Shown here: piece after piece, positions 1-11,064 of the stretch
How the letters are laid out: each line of letters opens with the position of its first letter
Numbering within the stretch: the stretch's first letter is position 1
NCBI GenBank assembly: GCA_963704655.1
Contig: OY969927.1
Span: 288,001 to 352,000 of the forward strand
Source: an uncultured Candidatus Babeliaceae bacterium
Lineage (GTDB): Bacteria > Babelota > Babeliae > Babelales > Babelaceae
Reading direction: 5' to 3'
DNA length: 64,000 nt
Program-made: the position numbers and the translations under genes
Notes under the pieces: model-generated
The model's input: the letters and a program-made list of their open reading frames with translations, nothing else
Database searches by the model: none
Told to the model about the DNA's origin: nothing

Positions 1-3000
1 ACTCACCGGTAACAGTTTAATAAATTACAGCTCTATTGGTGGTTGTGGTATTGGACAAGGCTTTGTCTGGGCGCCAACAAACCAAAACACTATTATCGGG
101 TTAGGTGCAGGTAATAATAATGTCCTTACAGGAACATCAAACATTGCTCTTGGCTACCAAGCACTTGCAAATGCAAAAACTATCAATAACTTTGACAATA
201 TCGCTATCGGTGCATTTACTCTTACAGCAACTGCTGTATTGGGTGACAATATAGCTATCGGTGTAAATGCGCTTTCAAGTGCAAACTATTCTGGTGGACA
301 GCAGATTGCTATAGGCACAAATAATTTAGCATTAAATACAACAGGGACAGCAAATATTGCAATAGGCTACGAGGTGCTTGATGCAAATACCGTTGGTTCA
401 TCAAATGTTGGTGTTGGATTTATGGCTTTAGGAAACAATGTGAGTGGTAATGACAACACAGCAATTGGAACGCTAGCACTGTATAATAATACGACAAGTC
501 AATTAACTGCCGTCGGTTCTGGAGCATTATATAACAATACTTCTGGTAGTGATAATGTTGCCATTGGATATTACGCATTAAATGCAAATACAACCGGCCA
601 AAACAATGTTGCAGTAGGCAATCAAGCATTATCGGTTAGCGTTAATAATAACGGCAATACCGCAGTTGGAACAAATGCGTTACAAAATAATATCACTTTG
701 CGCCTTACGGCAGTCGGTGCTAACGCATTGCAACATAATACTTCCGGCATTCAAAATGTCGCTGTTGGGTATAATGCATTAACTGCAAATACTACCGGCA
801 CGAATAACGTAGCAGTTGGTTACAACGCGCTTTCAGAAAATTTAATCGGAACGTCTAATATCGCCATTGGTTATCAAGCACTTACAGCAAATACCGCCGG
901 CGATGACAATATCGGTATCGGAACAAATGCATTAGTTAATGCACAAGGAAATAGAAATGTGGCAATGGGCTCCAGTGCATTCCAGACGATAAGTGGAAAT
1001 ACAGCATCAGATAACGTTGCTTTAGGTTATTATGCGCTTATTGTCTCGACTACAGGTCAAAGCGTTGCTATCGGCTCTGGTGCGTTAGCCGCTAATACTT
1101 TTGGAACTCAAAATACCGCTGTTGGCTATTATGCGCTTAATGCGAATATTACTGGAACATCGAATGTCGCGCTTGGCTATCAAGCTTTAGCAAATGCTAA
1201 AACCATAAACAACTTTGATAATATCGCAATTGGCGCATTTACACTTTCGGGAACCGCTGTTCTTGGTGATAATATTGCAATAGGTGTAAATGCGCTTTCA
1301 AATGCAAACTATAACCAAGCTAATCAGATAGCAATTGGTTCAGGCGCATTGCAAAATAACACATCTGGCTTTCAGAATACTGCTGTTGGGTATCAAGCAC
1401 TTAACTCATTAACCACATCAACAGCAAATACCGCAATTGGTTATCGTGCATTACAAAATGTTACTACACGTTTTGGTGGGCACGTTGCTCTGGGAAGTTT
1501 AACGTTAACGTCACTTTCTGGTGGCGGCCAAGGAAACACGGGTATTGGCTCAAGTGCGTTTACCCAATTAACCACGGGAAGCATCAATACGGCACTTGGT
1601 TTTAATGCGGGCAATAGCTTAACTACTGGAACAGGAAATATTATCATTGGCGCCTATACCGCGCAAGGTTTAACCTCTGGAGCAAATAACATTATCATCG
1701 GCCAGGGTGCAGTTGCAGCAGCATCAACAGCAAGTAATAATACTATTATCGGTACACTTGTAGGTGTTAATAGTACCTCAAGCAATAATGCTGTAGTTGG
1801 GTATCAAGCATTGCAAAATGATACCGCAGGAAACCAAGTTGCTGTTGGATACCAAGCAATGCAAAGTAATACAGCCGGTATACAGAATACTGCTGTTGGC
1901 TATTATGCGCTTAATGCGAATATTACTGGAACATCAAACGTTGCTATTGGATTTAGGGCACTTGCAAATGCTAATACCATAAATAACTTTGACAATATCG
2001 CAATTGGTGCATTTACTTTAACAAGCACAACAGCTTTTGGTGATAATGTTGCAATTGGCGCAAATGCATTAGCAAGCCCGAATTATTATAATCTTATAAG
2101 CGCGTTACCAACTTTTCCTGGAGGGCAGCAAGTTGCTATCGGCTCAGGCGCTTTACAGAATAACACGAATGGTTTTTTTAATACCGCAATAGGATATTAT
2201 GCATTACAAGCAAATACAGAGGGGTTTGGTAATACTGCCGTTGGTTACCAAGCATTAGTCAATACCAATGGTCCAGGCTTTCCAACTCTAACAGGTTGTT
2301 ATAATGTTGGTTTAGGGGCTGAAGTGCTTCAAAATAATACCACCGGCGCTAGAAATACCGCTGTTGGTTATAGTGCACTGCAACTTTCTACTACTGTATC
2401 TGACAATACCGCAGTTGGTTATGGTGCACTTTCTGGAACACTCACAGGAGGATCAACAGCAATTGGTAGCTCGGCACTAATTGAAAATACTACAGGTATT
2501 CAAAATACTGCAGTTGGATATTCTGCACTTAAGGGAAATACAATTGGCAATAGCAATACCGTATTAGGGTATAATGCAGGAGCTGATTTTACGACAGGTA
2601 GCCAAAATACCTTTATAGGTTACAGTGCCGGAATTGGAGGTGTAAACCCAACTGGATCATTTAATACAATAGTTGGTTCTTCTGCAGGTTCATTAATTAC
2701 AACAGGAACATGCAATATTATTATTGGACAAAGTAGCGCCGTAAATTTAAGCTCCGGCTCGAATAACGTGATAATTGGTCAAGGTGCAGCAAGCGCAATT
2801 ACTACAGGGACTAATAACATTATCATTGGAAACTTAGCACTTTCGGGAAATGTAGCAGCTAACATCAATAATAGTATCATTATCGGAGACCCAAACCCTG
2901 GTTTTGCTGCAGGATCTAGCGGTAATATTCAAATTGGTTTTTTTACGGGTAATCCCGCTGCAACAGTATGTTATATCGATGGCATCTATGGAAAAGCTGG

Positions 3001-3394
3001 AAGCGGAAATGCTGTGTCATGTACAACTTCTGGTCAATTAGTAGCACCAAGCTCATCCAAAAAATATAAAGAAAATGTTATAAATTTAACAAATATCTCA
3101 GAAAATATTTTTAAATTACGTCCTATAAGTTTTAATTATATTGCTGATACTAAAAAAGAAATCGCTTATGGGCTTCTTGCTGAAGAAGTCGAAGAAGTTT
3201 TACCAGAGTTGATTGTTAAAACTGAACAAGGCGTAACAGATTCTGTAAAATATCTTTACTTACCAATTTTGATGCTTAATGAGCAGCAAAAAGATCATGC
3301 ACGCATTGTGGCCCTTGAAAAAGAGAATGTTCTGATGCGCGGACAGATTTATGATCTTCAAGTAAAAATAGAGAAGTTACTTGCACAGGCATAA
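1..3394 (+). CDS. 5'-partial giant fibre/adhesin-like repeat protein with C-terminal peptidase-S74-like chaperone domain
   Basis: Frame is open from base 2 (LTGNSLINYSSIGGCG...), upstream of the ORF-track start at 239. Tandem N-x-A-[IV]-G-x-x-AL repeats. C-terminus SSKKYKENV...LRPISFNY...YGLLAEEVEEVLPELI plus coiled coil. Confidence 0.85.
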   Translation, partial: LTGNSLINYSSIGGCGIGQGFVWAPTNQNTIIGLGAGNNNVLTGTSNIALGYQALANAKTINNFDNIAIGAFTLTATAVLGDNIAIGVNALSSANYSGGQQIAIGTNNLALNTTGTANIAIGYEVLDANTVGSSNVGVGFMALGNNVSGNDNTAIGTLALYNNTTSQLTAVGSGALYNNTSGSDNVAIGYYALNANTTGQNNVAVGNQALSVSVNNNGNTAVGTNALQNNITLRLTAVGANALQHNTSGIQNVAVGYNALTANTTGTNNVAVGYNALSENLIGTSNIAIGYQALTANTAGDDNIGIGTNALVNAQGNRNVAMGSSAFQTISGNTASDNVALGYYALIVSTTGQSVAIGSGALAANTFGTQNTAVGYYALNANITGTSNVALGYQALANAKTINNFDNIAIGAFTLSGTAVLGDNIAIGVNALSNANYNQANQIAIGSGALQNNTSGFQNTAVGYQALNSLTTSTANTAIGYRALQNVTTRFGGHVALGSLTLTSLSGGGQGNTGIGSSAFTQLTTGSINTALGFNAGNSLTTGTGNIIIGAYTAQGLTSGANNIIIGQGAVAAASTASNNTIIGTLVGVNSTSSNNAVVGYQALQNDTAGNQVAVGYQAMQSNTAGIQNTAVGYYALNANITGTSNVAIGFRALANANTINNFDNIAIGAFTLTSTTAFGDNVAIGANALASPNYYNLISALPTFPGGQQVAIGSGALQNNTNGFFNTAIGYYALQANTEGFGNTAVGYQALVNTNGPGFPTLTGCYNVGLGAEVLQNNTTGARNTAVGYSALQLSTTVSDNTAVGYGALSGTLTGGSTAIGSSALIENTTGIQNTAVGYSALKGNTIGNSNTVLGYNAGADFTTGSQNTFIGYSAGIGGVNPTGSFNTIVGSSAGSLITTGTCNIIIGQSSAVNLSSGSNNVIIGQGAASAITTGTNNIIIGNLALSGNVAANINNSIIIGDPNPGFAAGSSGNIQIGFFTGNPAATVCYIDGIYGKAGSGNAVSCTTSGQLVAPSSSKKYKENVINLTNISENIFKLRPISFNYIADTKKEIAYGLLAEEVEEVLPELIVKTEQGVTDSVKYLYLPILMLNEQQKDHARIVALEKENVLMRGQIYDLQVKIEKLLAQA

Positions 3395-3410
3395 AGATAA
3401 CCTTGTTATA

Positions 3411-3450
3411 AAAAAAAAGGGGCCGTGGACAAATCCACGGCCCCTCTTTT
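3411..3450. terminator. Bidirectional intrinsic terminator
   Basis: AGGGGCCGTGGA-caaa-TCCACGGCCCCT stem with A-run before and T-rich tail after, between convergent genes. Confidence 0.85.
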
Positions 3451-3470
3451 GTGAGCGTTCATTAACTAAA

Positions 3471-4829
3471 TTAACTGTTGGTACAATTATTGCTGCATAT
3501 TTGGGTCACAGTTGTACTTTCAGCCAGTGAAACATTATTGTAAGCATCAATAGCAACAACATAGTAGGTATTTGATGGCGGGTTGACGGTGTAATCTATA
3601 TATTGATAGATTGTTGATGGCACGGATGCTACCAGTTCTGTCAGCGCTGCATCATAATAAATATTATATGATACCGGTGGATTAATCTCACTTGCCGGTG
3701 CTGACCACTTGATTACATTTGATAGAGAAATCGGTTGATTAAGGGCTATCGTTTTTTGCATGCAGGAAGATACATTTTGTGGCGCGTTAGTAAGTACCGT
3801 TCTTAGTGTAGATACGCTGTTGCCCGTATAATTGGCTACGTAGGCATAATAGTTATCTGGGTGTATAACTAATGCAATTGGTCCTGAAAATCCTGGAACT
3901 GTTGTTATAACTGTTGGGTTTGCCGGGTTCATGAGATTAAGCGCGGTAACAGAGTTGGTAGATTCATCACATACATAAGCGTATAATCCACTGGGGGTTA
4001 CGGCAATAGCAGTTGGGTTGCTAACGGCAACTGATGCGCCAACTACAGGTGTTGTAGGGTCAGAAAGATTAAGTGTGGTAACAGCGTTTCCACTTTGGTT
4101 GCATACATATGCGTAATTACCTGATGGGTGAATGGCAATTGCAACGGGGTTGTTAATAGTTACAGAATTGCCAGCTGTTGGGCTTGCAGGGGTTGTTAAA
4201 TCTTGAACAAGAACCACATTATCAACTGCGTCGCACACATAGGCATATTGACCACTTGGAATTATTGCCATGGCAGCAGGGTTATTAACAGTAGTAAAGG
4301 TATTGTATGCGCTTGCTGATTCAGGAGTTGAATAGAAAATTACATAGCCGGTGTTGCTTGATTCATTGAGTACATACAGATAATAACCGGCACCAGGGTA
4401 CATTGCGGTTACTACTGGTGTAACCAATGATGGAAATGTATAAAAAATTCCATATGATGGTTCAGCAGGATCTGTGAACGCGAAGTAATATATAATGCCT
4501 GTTGCACCATTGTTAGTGCCTATATAACCATATTGGCCCCCGTATAATCCGCCGGGTATAATAGTTAGGTTGCTCGTTGGTTCTAAAGGAAATGTAATGT
4601 AATAACCAACGATACTTGGTGCTGCAGGATTTGTTAGATCAAGACTATTAAGTGCTGGAGTGCTTGAAATAGTATCTATCACATACGCAAAGTCACCTTG
4701 TGGGCGTATGGCAATTGTGCTTGGGGTATCTAATGGGCCTGCTGTATTGACAATGGTATTTGGTGGGTTAAGAGCATAGACAATGTTTGATAATGTCACT
4801 AGCGCACTTAAAAATATTTTTTTATTCAT
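3471..4829 (-). CDS. Secreted YncE/YVTN-like beta-propeller protein with C-terminal fibronectin-type-III-like domain
   Basis: Signal peptide; ~40-aa repeats NPxAIAIxPSGxYAYVC; C-terminal VIKWSAP...YNIY...YYVVAIDAYNNVS. Confidence 0.75.
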   Translation of the reverse strand: MNKKIFLSALVTLSNIVYALNPPNTIVNTAGPLDTPSTIAIRPQGDFAYVIDTISSTPALNSLDLTNPAAPSIVGYYITFPLEPTSNLTIIPGGLYGGQYGYIGTNNGATGIIYYFAFTDPAEPSYGIFYTFPSLVTPVVTAMYPGAGYYLYVLNESSNTGYVIFYSTPESASAYNTFTTVNNPAAMAIIPSGQYAYVCDAVDNVVLVQDLTTPASPTAGNSVTINNPVAIAIHPSGNYAYVCNQSGNAVTTLNLSDPTTPVVGASVAVSNPTAIAVTPSGLYAYVCDESTNSVTALNLMNPANPTVITTVPGFSGPIALVIHPDNYYAYVANYTGNSVSTLRTVLTNAPQNVSSCMQKTIALNQPISLSNVIKWSAPASEINPPVSYNIYYDAALTELVASVPSTIYQYIDYTVNPPSNTYYVVAIDAYNNVSLAESTTVTQICSNNCTNS

Positions 4830-5052
4830 AGGTTTTTTCCTTTGTTTTTTGAATACATGCTTGATAGAAAGTTACCTAATAGCAGCTTTACAAGTCAAGT
4901 TGCATAAGGATTTTCTGCGTTCTGATAATTTACGGTGTCGTTTATACGCAAATACATTAAGAGCTGTTATTGATTATGTATTGACTCATGTCATATTTGC
5001 ATGTTAATAACAACTACAATATCTACATTTTAAAAAAAGAGAGTTAGTAGTT

Positions 5053-8000
5053 ATGAAGCAATATCTTTATGCAGCAGTCGCTGCAGCCATGTTATGTGTA
5101 TCTTTACAAGCAGAAATAATCTCATTGGAACAGGCTTATGTGGTTTTACAAGAGCTTGAAATGTTCGCACAAGGCGATCAACTTGATGCATCGAGTGATA
5201 CTATTATGTTCGCGCTTGATGAACTTATAGGTTATCTTGAAAGTGATACACAGCTTTCAGCAGATGTTCGTTTGGATATTTCAAAAAAGATTAATCTGCT
5301 TGTTAAAAAAATTAATCTGCAGACACGTGCGCCACGTTTAGATGCACCAGAAATACGTGAAACTACAATACTTAATGAAAATTATTACCCAACGCGCGAT
5401 CTCTATTTACGCAACTTACTCATTACCGGCTCGCTTATTTTAAATGGCCAGCAGATCGGCGGTGGCGGCAGTGTGCCAAGTAATCTCTATGTATTAAAAG
5501 CTGGCGACACCATGACGGGCGATTTAACCATGGCAGACCAGCATGGCATTGTATTAGAAGATGCTTCTGGCGCCAATGCAATTACCGTGCAAGCCCCAAA
5601 TACTACCGAAACTTATAGCTTTACGTTGCCAGATAGTGCTGGCGCTGCAAACCAAGCGCTTACTACAGACGGCTTTGGGAATTTAACGTGGGCATCTGCG
5701 ATTGCAACAACCTCTGGATTACAAAGTATTAATAATCTCACAACACCGCACCAATATCTTCTTACCAGCACGGGGACATCAACTGCATTTCAGTTTATCG
5801 AAACAAGTTCTTCGCATATTTTAAATATTCCATACGTTCAGGATTCTAGCCAAGGGTATGGTCTTCTAGATTCTGCTGATTACAATAATTTTGTTAATGC
5901 CGCAAACATGGTTAATGCTGCAACCAGCGACGACGTTTGTGGCACACTTGTAAAGCGTGATGCTAATTGTAATTTTTCAGCTAATATAATTACGGCAACC
6001 GTAACGTATGCTAACTTTGCCTTAACGTCTTCAAGTGCATTAACGGCAGTAACATCAACAACGGCACAATATGCACAGGTAGCAAACAGCGCCAACTATC
6101 TTTGTGGCGTACCTGCATGTAATTTAGTAAGTACCTATTCACAAGTTCTTTCCGGGACAAGTTTTGATATTCCATTAACACTCGTCTTGCGTGATAGCAC
6201 CGGCAGCTTTGCAGCAACAACTATTACACTCACCGGTGAATTGTTGTTACAAAATGCAAATGGTAATCTAACAGCGCTTCAAGCAGGTGCGCAAAGTTTT
6301 GCTCCAGTGTATACACTGATATTGCCAACAACAATTGGTGGTGATAATCAGGTATTAACAACAGACGGTAATAACCCAGCAAATCTTTTTTGGCAGCCTG
6401 TTTCTGCAATTGTAACTTCTACAATTGAACTTTATGGCGATGTTATGGGGTCATCAACTGCAAATATCGTTAATACTATATGCGGACAAAGTGCATGTTC
6501 AATTGTTACCACCGTTACCACTGCAACAAGTGACAATATCTGTGGTACTTTGGTAAAACGTGACAGTAACTGTAACTTTTCTGCTAATTTAATTACTGCA
6601 ACGGTGACAAATGCACTTCTTTCACAAACAGCATTATATGCAACTAATGCGCTACTTTCGGTAACTTCGCAATATGCGCAAAACGCAGGTTCGACTAACT
6701 TTGCTTACACGTCATCGCTTGCACAATATGCACAGGTAGCAAACAGTGCCAACTATCTTTGTGGTGTGCCTGCATGTAATTTAGTAAATACATATTCACA
6801 GGTACTTTCCGGGACAAGTTTTGATATTCCATTAACACTCGTCTTGCGTGATAGCACCGGCAGCTTTGCAGCAACAACTATTACACTCACCGGTGAATTG
6901 TTGTTACAAAATGCAAATGGTAATCTAACAGCGCTTGAAGCTGGTGCGCAAAGTTTTGCTCCAGTCTATACATTAATATTGCCAACAACAATTGGTGGTG
7001 ATAATCAGGTATTAACAACAGACGGTAATAACCCAGCAAATCTTTTTTGGCAGCCTGTTTCTGCAATTGTAACTTCTACAATTGAACTTTATGGCGATGT
7101 TATGGGGTCATCAACTGCAAATCATGTTGCATTTGTATGTGGCGTGCCTGCATGTGCACTCGCACAAACGTATTCAACGGTTCTTTCAGCAACTGCATGT
7201 GATATTCCACTCACGCTTATATTGCGTGACAGCACGGGCAGCTTTGCGGCAACAACTATTACACTCACGGGAAACAGTTTAATAAATTACAGCTCTGTCG
7301 GCGGATGCAACACTGGAGCTGGCTTTGTCTTTGCTCCGACAAAACAAAACACCATTATCGGGCTTGGTGCTGGTAATAATAACGTTCTCACTGGAACATC
7401 AAACATTGCAGTTGGATATCAGGCACTTGCAAAAAATACTTCTGGTTATAATAATGTGGCTCTTGGATTTAAGGCACTTGCAAATGGCAATACGATCAAT
7501 AACTTTGACAATATCGCCATTGGCGCCAATACGCTTTCTGGCGCATCTATTTTAGGTGATAACGTTGCAGTTGGAACAAATGCGCTTTCTGCGTCGGGTT
7601 ATACCGGCGGGCAGCAGATAGCAATTGGAACGGGTGCGTTACAAGCAAATACCACCGGTACTGGAAACATCGCAATTGGTTATGATGCATTACAAACAAA
7701 TACAAGTGGGGTAAATAATATAGCAATAGGCGCTTATGCACTGAGTAAGTTAAACTATAACCTACCGTTTCTTGGTATACCTAGCGGGGCAAATAATATT
7801 GCTATAGGCTCCAATGCATTAAGTAATATAGCTATAGCTGGTGAAAATGTCGCTATAGGCTCAAATACCTTACAGAATGGATCTTTTTCATACGGAAATG
7901 TTGCTATTGGTTATAACGCATTTGTTTTTGGCAATTCAGCATTCAATGTGGCTGTTGGTAATTCGAGTATGGTCAGCAATAATACGGGCGCAAGCAACAC

Positions 8001-10941
8001 AGCTGTTGGTTATTATTCACTTTCTGGTAACATAAGTGGCAATAGCAATACAGCTATAGGTTCTTATTCACTTTCTGGTAACATAACTGGCTTTAATAAC
8101 ACTGCAGTTGGTTATAATGCTCTAACGGCTTCAGTTGGCAGTGACCTTACTGCTGTGGGAGCTCAAGCTTTACAAAATAATACCTTAGGTACTCAAAACG
8201 TTGGCGTGGGTTATAGCGCACTACAAGACAATACTATAGGATCTAATAGTACTGCTGTTGGATACAATGCTCTTATCAATGCAGTAAGCTCAAACAATAA
8301 TACTGCCATTGGTAATTTTACACTTAACAATGCGGCTGTTGGTTCAGACAATACCGCTGTTGGTAATCAGGCTCTATCAAATACCCAAACAAGTTCGTTG
8401 GTTGGAATAGGTTCTGGTGCGCTATTCAATAATAGCACCGGCGCACAAAATGTTGCTGTTGGTTATTATGCACTTAATGCAAATACAACTGGTGGATCAA
8501 ACACTGCGTTAGGATACAATGTGCTCAACCAATCAACCGGCAGCAATAACACGGTAGTCGGCGCAAACTCTGGCACCGGCATAACATCTGGAGCACATAA
8601 TATTTATCTTGGTGACAGCATTAATAATGGCAATGAAAGTAATACTATACGAATTGGCAACAGTAACCAAACTGAAGCATATGTTGCGGGCATTTATGGA
8701 ACATCATTACCAAGTGGTTCACCTGTTGTTGTTACATCAAGTGGCCAGCTTGGCATCGGTTCTTCAACAACAGTCACCGGCACCAGCTGCGATACAGCAC
8801 TCACGTTTATATTGCGTGACAGCACGGGCAGCTTTGCAGCAACAACCGTCACACTCACCGGCCACAGCTTAATTAATTACAGCTCTGTGGGCGGGTGCGA
8901 TACGGGCGCTGGCTTTGTCTGGGCGCCAACAAACCAAAATACTATTATCGGCTTAAACGCAGGAAATAATAATGTCATTACTGGCACATCAAACGTTGCT
9001 TTAGGCTACCATGCACTTGCAAATGCAAAAACTATAAATAACTTTGACAATATAGCTATCGGCGCATTTACCCTTACTGGAACTGCCGTGCTTGGCGACA
9101 ATATCGCAATTGGGGTGAATGCCCTTTCAAATGTGAACTATAACAAAGGCCAGCAGATTGCTATTGGTACTGGAGCATTGCAAAATAATACAAGCGGTAT
9201 ACAAAATACTGCAGTGGGTTATTATGCGTTAAACTTAAATACAACCGGAACATCAAACGTCGCTCTAGGTTATAATGCTGGAAGTGGTTTAATTACTGGT
9301 ACAGGGAACATTATCATTGGCGCATATACCGCCCAAGGTTTAACCTCTGGAGCAAATAATATTATTATCGGGCAAGGCGCTACCGCAGCAGCATCAACCG
9401 CAAGTAATAATACTACTATTGGTACACTTGTAGGTGTTAATAGTACCTCGAGTAATAATGTCGTAGTTGGTTATCAAGCATTACAAAATGATACGGCCGG
9501 AAACCAAGTTGCTGTTGGATATCAAGCATTACAAAATAACACTGACGGTTCACAAAATACTGCTGTTGGGTACCAAGCGCTTAATGCGAATACTACTGGA
9601 ACATCAAATGTGGCTCTTGGGTTTAAGGCACTTGCAAATGGCAATACTATCAATAATTCTCGCAATATAGCAATTGGGGCCAATGCCCTTTCTGGATCTG
9701 CCGTGCTTGGTGACAATGTCGCAATTGGGGTGAATGCACTTTCAAATGTGAACTATAACCAGAAGCAGCAGATAGCTATCGGAACAGGTGCATTGCAAGA
9801 TAATACAAACGGTACGCAAAATATTGCTATAGGATATCAAGCGCTTAATGCAAATACTGGGTCAGGACAGAACGTTGTTATAGGGACCGAAGCATTATCA
9901 TCTGTTAATGATGCTAGTTCGTTTTCTAATGTAGTAATAGGGCATCAAGCTCTACAAACTGGGAACAATACCATATATGAAAACGTGGCCATTGGTTATC
10001 AAGCAATGCAAGCGAATAATGCTAGTGCCCAATGCGTTGCTATCGGTTGTCAGGCACTTCTAAATAATCAAAATCCGTATATAACCGCTATAGGTTATCA
10101 GGCACTTCAAATGAATAATGCGGGAGCGCTAAACACGGCAGTGGGAGCAGGTGCATTAAGTCAATCAAGTGGTCAAGCTAACAATACAGCCGTGGGCTAT
10201 AGTGCATTAGCTAATAATTCCAATGGTAATAATAATACCGCGGTGGGTACTTATGCTTTATCCGGAGGAGCTGTAAGTACTGGTTATTACAATGTTGGAG
10301 TTGGGGTTGGGGCTGGTACACAAATAACATCTGGAAATTCAAATACGCTTATTGGTTGTATCGCAGGTACAAATCTTGACTCAGGCAACAATAATACCAT
10401 GATTGGTTATAATACAGGCGGCAGCGTTACTACTGGAAACAACGTTATTGTTATTGGAGCAGGCCTGCCCGGTTCAAACACTGCAAACAGCACATATATA
10501 GCTGGCATTTCTGGGGCAACGGCAAGTGGTGGCGTAGAGGTATATTGTAATACCAGCAGTCAACTTGGAACTGTTAATTCTTCTCGACGTTATAAAGAAA
10601 ATATTAAGGACCTAGGTAATTTTTCAGATAATATCTATAAATTACGTCCCGTGCAATTTAATTACATAAGTGATCAAGAAAAGTGGTTTGAAGCTGGTTT
10701 AATAGCAGAAGAAGTAGAGGATGTTTATCCAGAAATAATTGTTTATAACAAAGATGGTGAAGTTGAAACGATACGCTATAAACAGGTGTATATGATGATG
10801 CTTAATGAACAGCAAAAAGATCATGCACGCATTGCCACCCTTGAAGATCAATGTAGTGCATTGCAACAAACCAATAACCTGATGTCCGCACAGATCGCCG
10901 ATCTCCAAGCAAAAATTGAGATGTTATTAGCAAAGGCATAA
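5053..10941 (+). CDS. Secreted 1962-aa mosaic fibre protein with C-terminal S74-like chaperone
   Basis: Signal peptide; tail-fibre-like motifs (YVLKAGDTMTGDL; TLPDSAGAANQALTTDGFGNLTW); head-like repeats; SSRRYKENI at 10579. Confidence 0.85.
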   Translation: MKQYLYAAVAAAMLCVSLQAEIISLEQAYVVLQELEMFAQGDQLDASSDTIMFALDELIGYLESDTQLSADVRLDISKKINLLVKKINLQTRAPRLDAPEIRETTILNENYYPTRDLYLRNLLITGSLILNGQQIGGGGSVPSNLYVLKAGDTMTGDLTMADQHGIVLEDASGANAITVQAPNTTETYSFTLPDSAGAANQALTTDGFGNLTWASAIATTSGLQSINNLTTPHQYLLTSTGTSTAFQFIETSSSHILNIPYVQDSSQGYGLLDSADYNNFVNAANMVNAATSDDVCGTLVKRDANCNFSANIITATVTYANFALTSSSALTAVTSTTAQYAQVANSANYLCGVPACNLVSTYSQVLSGTSFDIPLTLVLRDSTGSFAATTITLTGELLLQNANGNLTALQAGAQSFAPVYTLILPTTIGGDNQVLTTDGNNPANLFWQPVSAIVTSTIELYGDVMGSSTANIVNTICGQSACSIVTTVTTATSDNICGTLVKRDSNCNFSANLITATVTNALLSQTALYATNALLSVTSQYAQNAGSTNFAYTSSLAQYAQVANSANYLCGVPACNLVNTYSQVLSGTSFDIPLTLVLRDSTGSFAATTITLTGELLLQNANGNLTALEAGAQSFAPVYTLILPTTIGGDNQVLTTDGNNPANLFWQPVSAIVTSTIELYGDVMGSSTANHVAFVCGVPACALAQTYSTVLSATACDIPLTLILRDSTGSFAATTITLTGNSLINYSSVGGCNTGAGFVFAPTKQNTIIGLGAGNNNVLTGTSNIAVGYQALAKNTSGYNNVALGFKALANGNTINNFDNIAIGANTLSGASILGDNVAVGTNALSASGYTGGQQIAIGTGALQANTTGTGNIAIGYDALQTNTSGVNNIAIGAYALSKLNYNLPFLGIPSGANNIAIGSNALSNIAIAGENVAIGSNTLQNGSFSYGNVAIGYNAFVFGNSAFNVAVGNSSMVSNNTGASNTAVGYYSLSGNISGNSNTAIGSYSLSGNITGFNNTAVGYNALTASVGSDLTAVGAQALQNNTLGTQNVGVGYSALQDNTIGSNSTAVGYNALINAVSSNNNTAIGNFTLNNAAVGSDNTAVGNQALSNTQTSSLVGIGSGALFNNSTGAQNVAVGYYALNANTTGGSNTALGYNVLNQSTGSNNTVVGANSGTGITSGAHNIYLGDSINNGNESNTIRIGNSNQTEAYVAGIYGTSLPSGSPVVVTSSGQLGIGSSTTVTGTSCDTALTFILRDSTGSFAATTVTLTGHSLINYSSVGGCDTGAGFVWAPTNQNTIIGLNAGNNNVITGTSNVALGYHALANAKTINNFDNIAIGAFTLTGTAVLGDNIAIGVNALSNVNYNKGQQIAIGTGALQNNTSGIQNTAVGYYALNLNTTGTSNVALGYNAGSGLITGTGNIIIGAYTAQGLTSGANNIIIGQGATAAASTASNNTTIGTLVGVNSTSSNNVVVGYQALQNDTAGNQVAVGYQALQNNTDGSQNTAVGYQALNANTTGTSNVALGFKALANGNTINNSRNIAIGANALSGSAVLGDNVAIGVNALSNVNYNQKQQIAIGTGALQDNTNGTQNIAIGYQALNANTGSGQNVVIGTEALSSVNDASSFSNVVIGHQALQTGNNTIYENVAIGYQAMQANNASAQCVAIGCQALLNNQNPYITAIGYQALQMNNAGALNTAVGAGALSQSSGQANNTAVGYSALANNSNGNNNTAVGTYALSGGAVSTGYYNVGVGVGAGTQITSGNSNTLIGCIAGTNLDSGNNNTMIGYNTGGSVTTGNNVIVIGAGLPGSNTANSTYIAGISGATASGGVEVYCNTSSQLGTVNSSRRYKENIKDLGNFSDNIYKLRPVQFNYISDQEKWFEAGLIAEEVEDVYPEIIVYNKDGEVETIRYKQVYMMMLNEQQKDHARIATLEDQCSALQQTNNLMSAQIADLQAKIEMLLAKA
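6064..7120 (+). repeat. Internal direct repeat, ~400-bp near-identical blocks 657 bp apart
   Basis: CGTGATAGCACCGGC at 6190 and 6847; duplicated peptide AQYAQVANSANYLCGVPAC...GDVMGSSTAN. Confidence 0.9.
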
Positions 10942-10957
10942 TGATACTATTGTTATA

Positions 10958-10997
10958 ACAAGGGGGGCCGTGGAGATATCCATGGCCCCTTGTTTTT
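10958..10997 (+). terminator. Intrinsic terminator, paralogous to 3411-3450
   Basis: ACAAGGGGGGCCGTGGA-gata-TCCATGGCCCCTTGT followed by T-run. Confidence 0.8.
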
Positions 10998-11064
10998 ATG
11001 TGCAGTTGCATAAGAATTGTCTGCGTTGTATGCTTTCCCCAAATAAAAAAAGGGAGTTAGTTGT

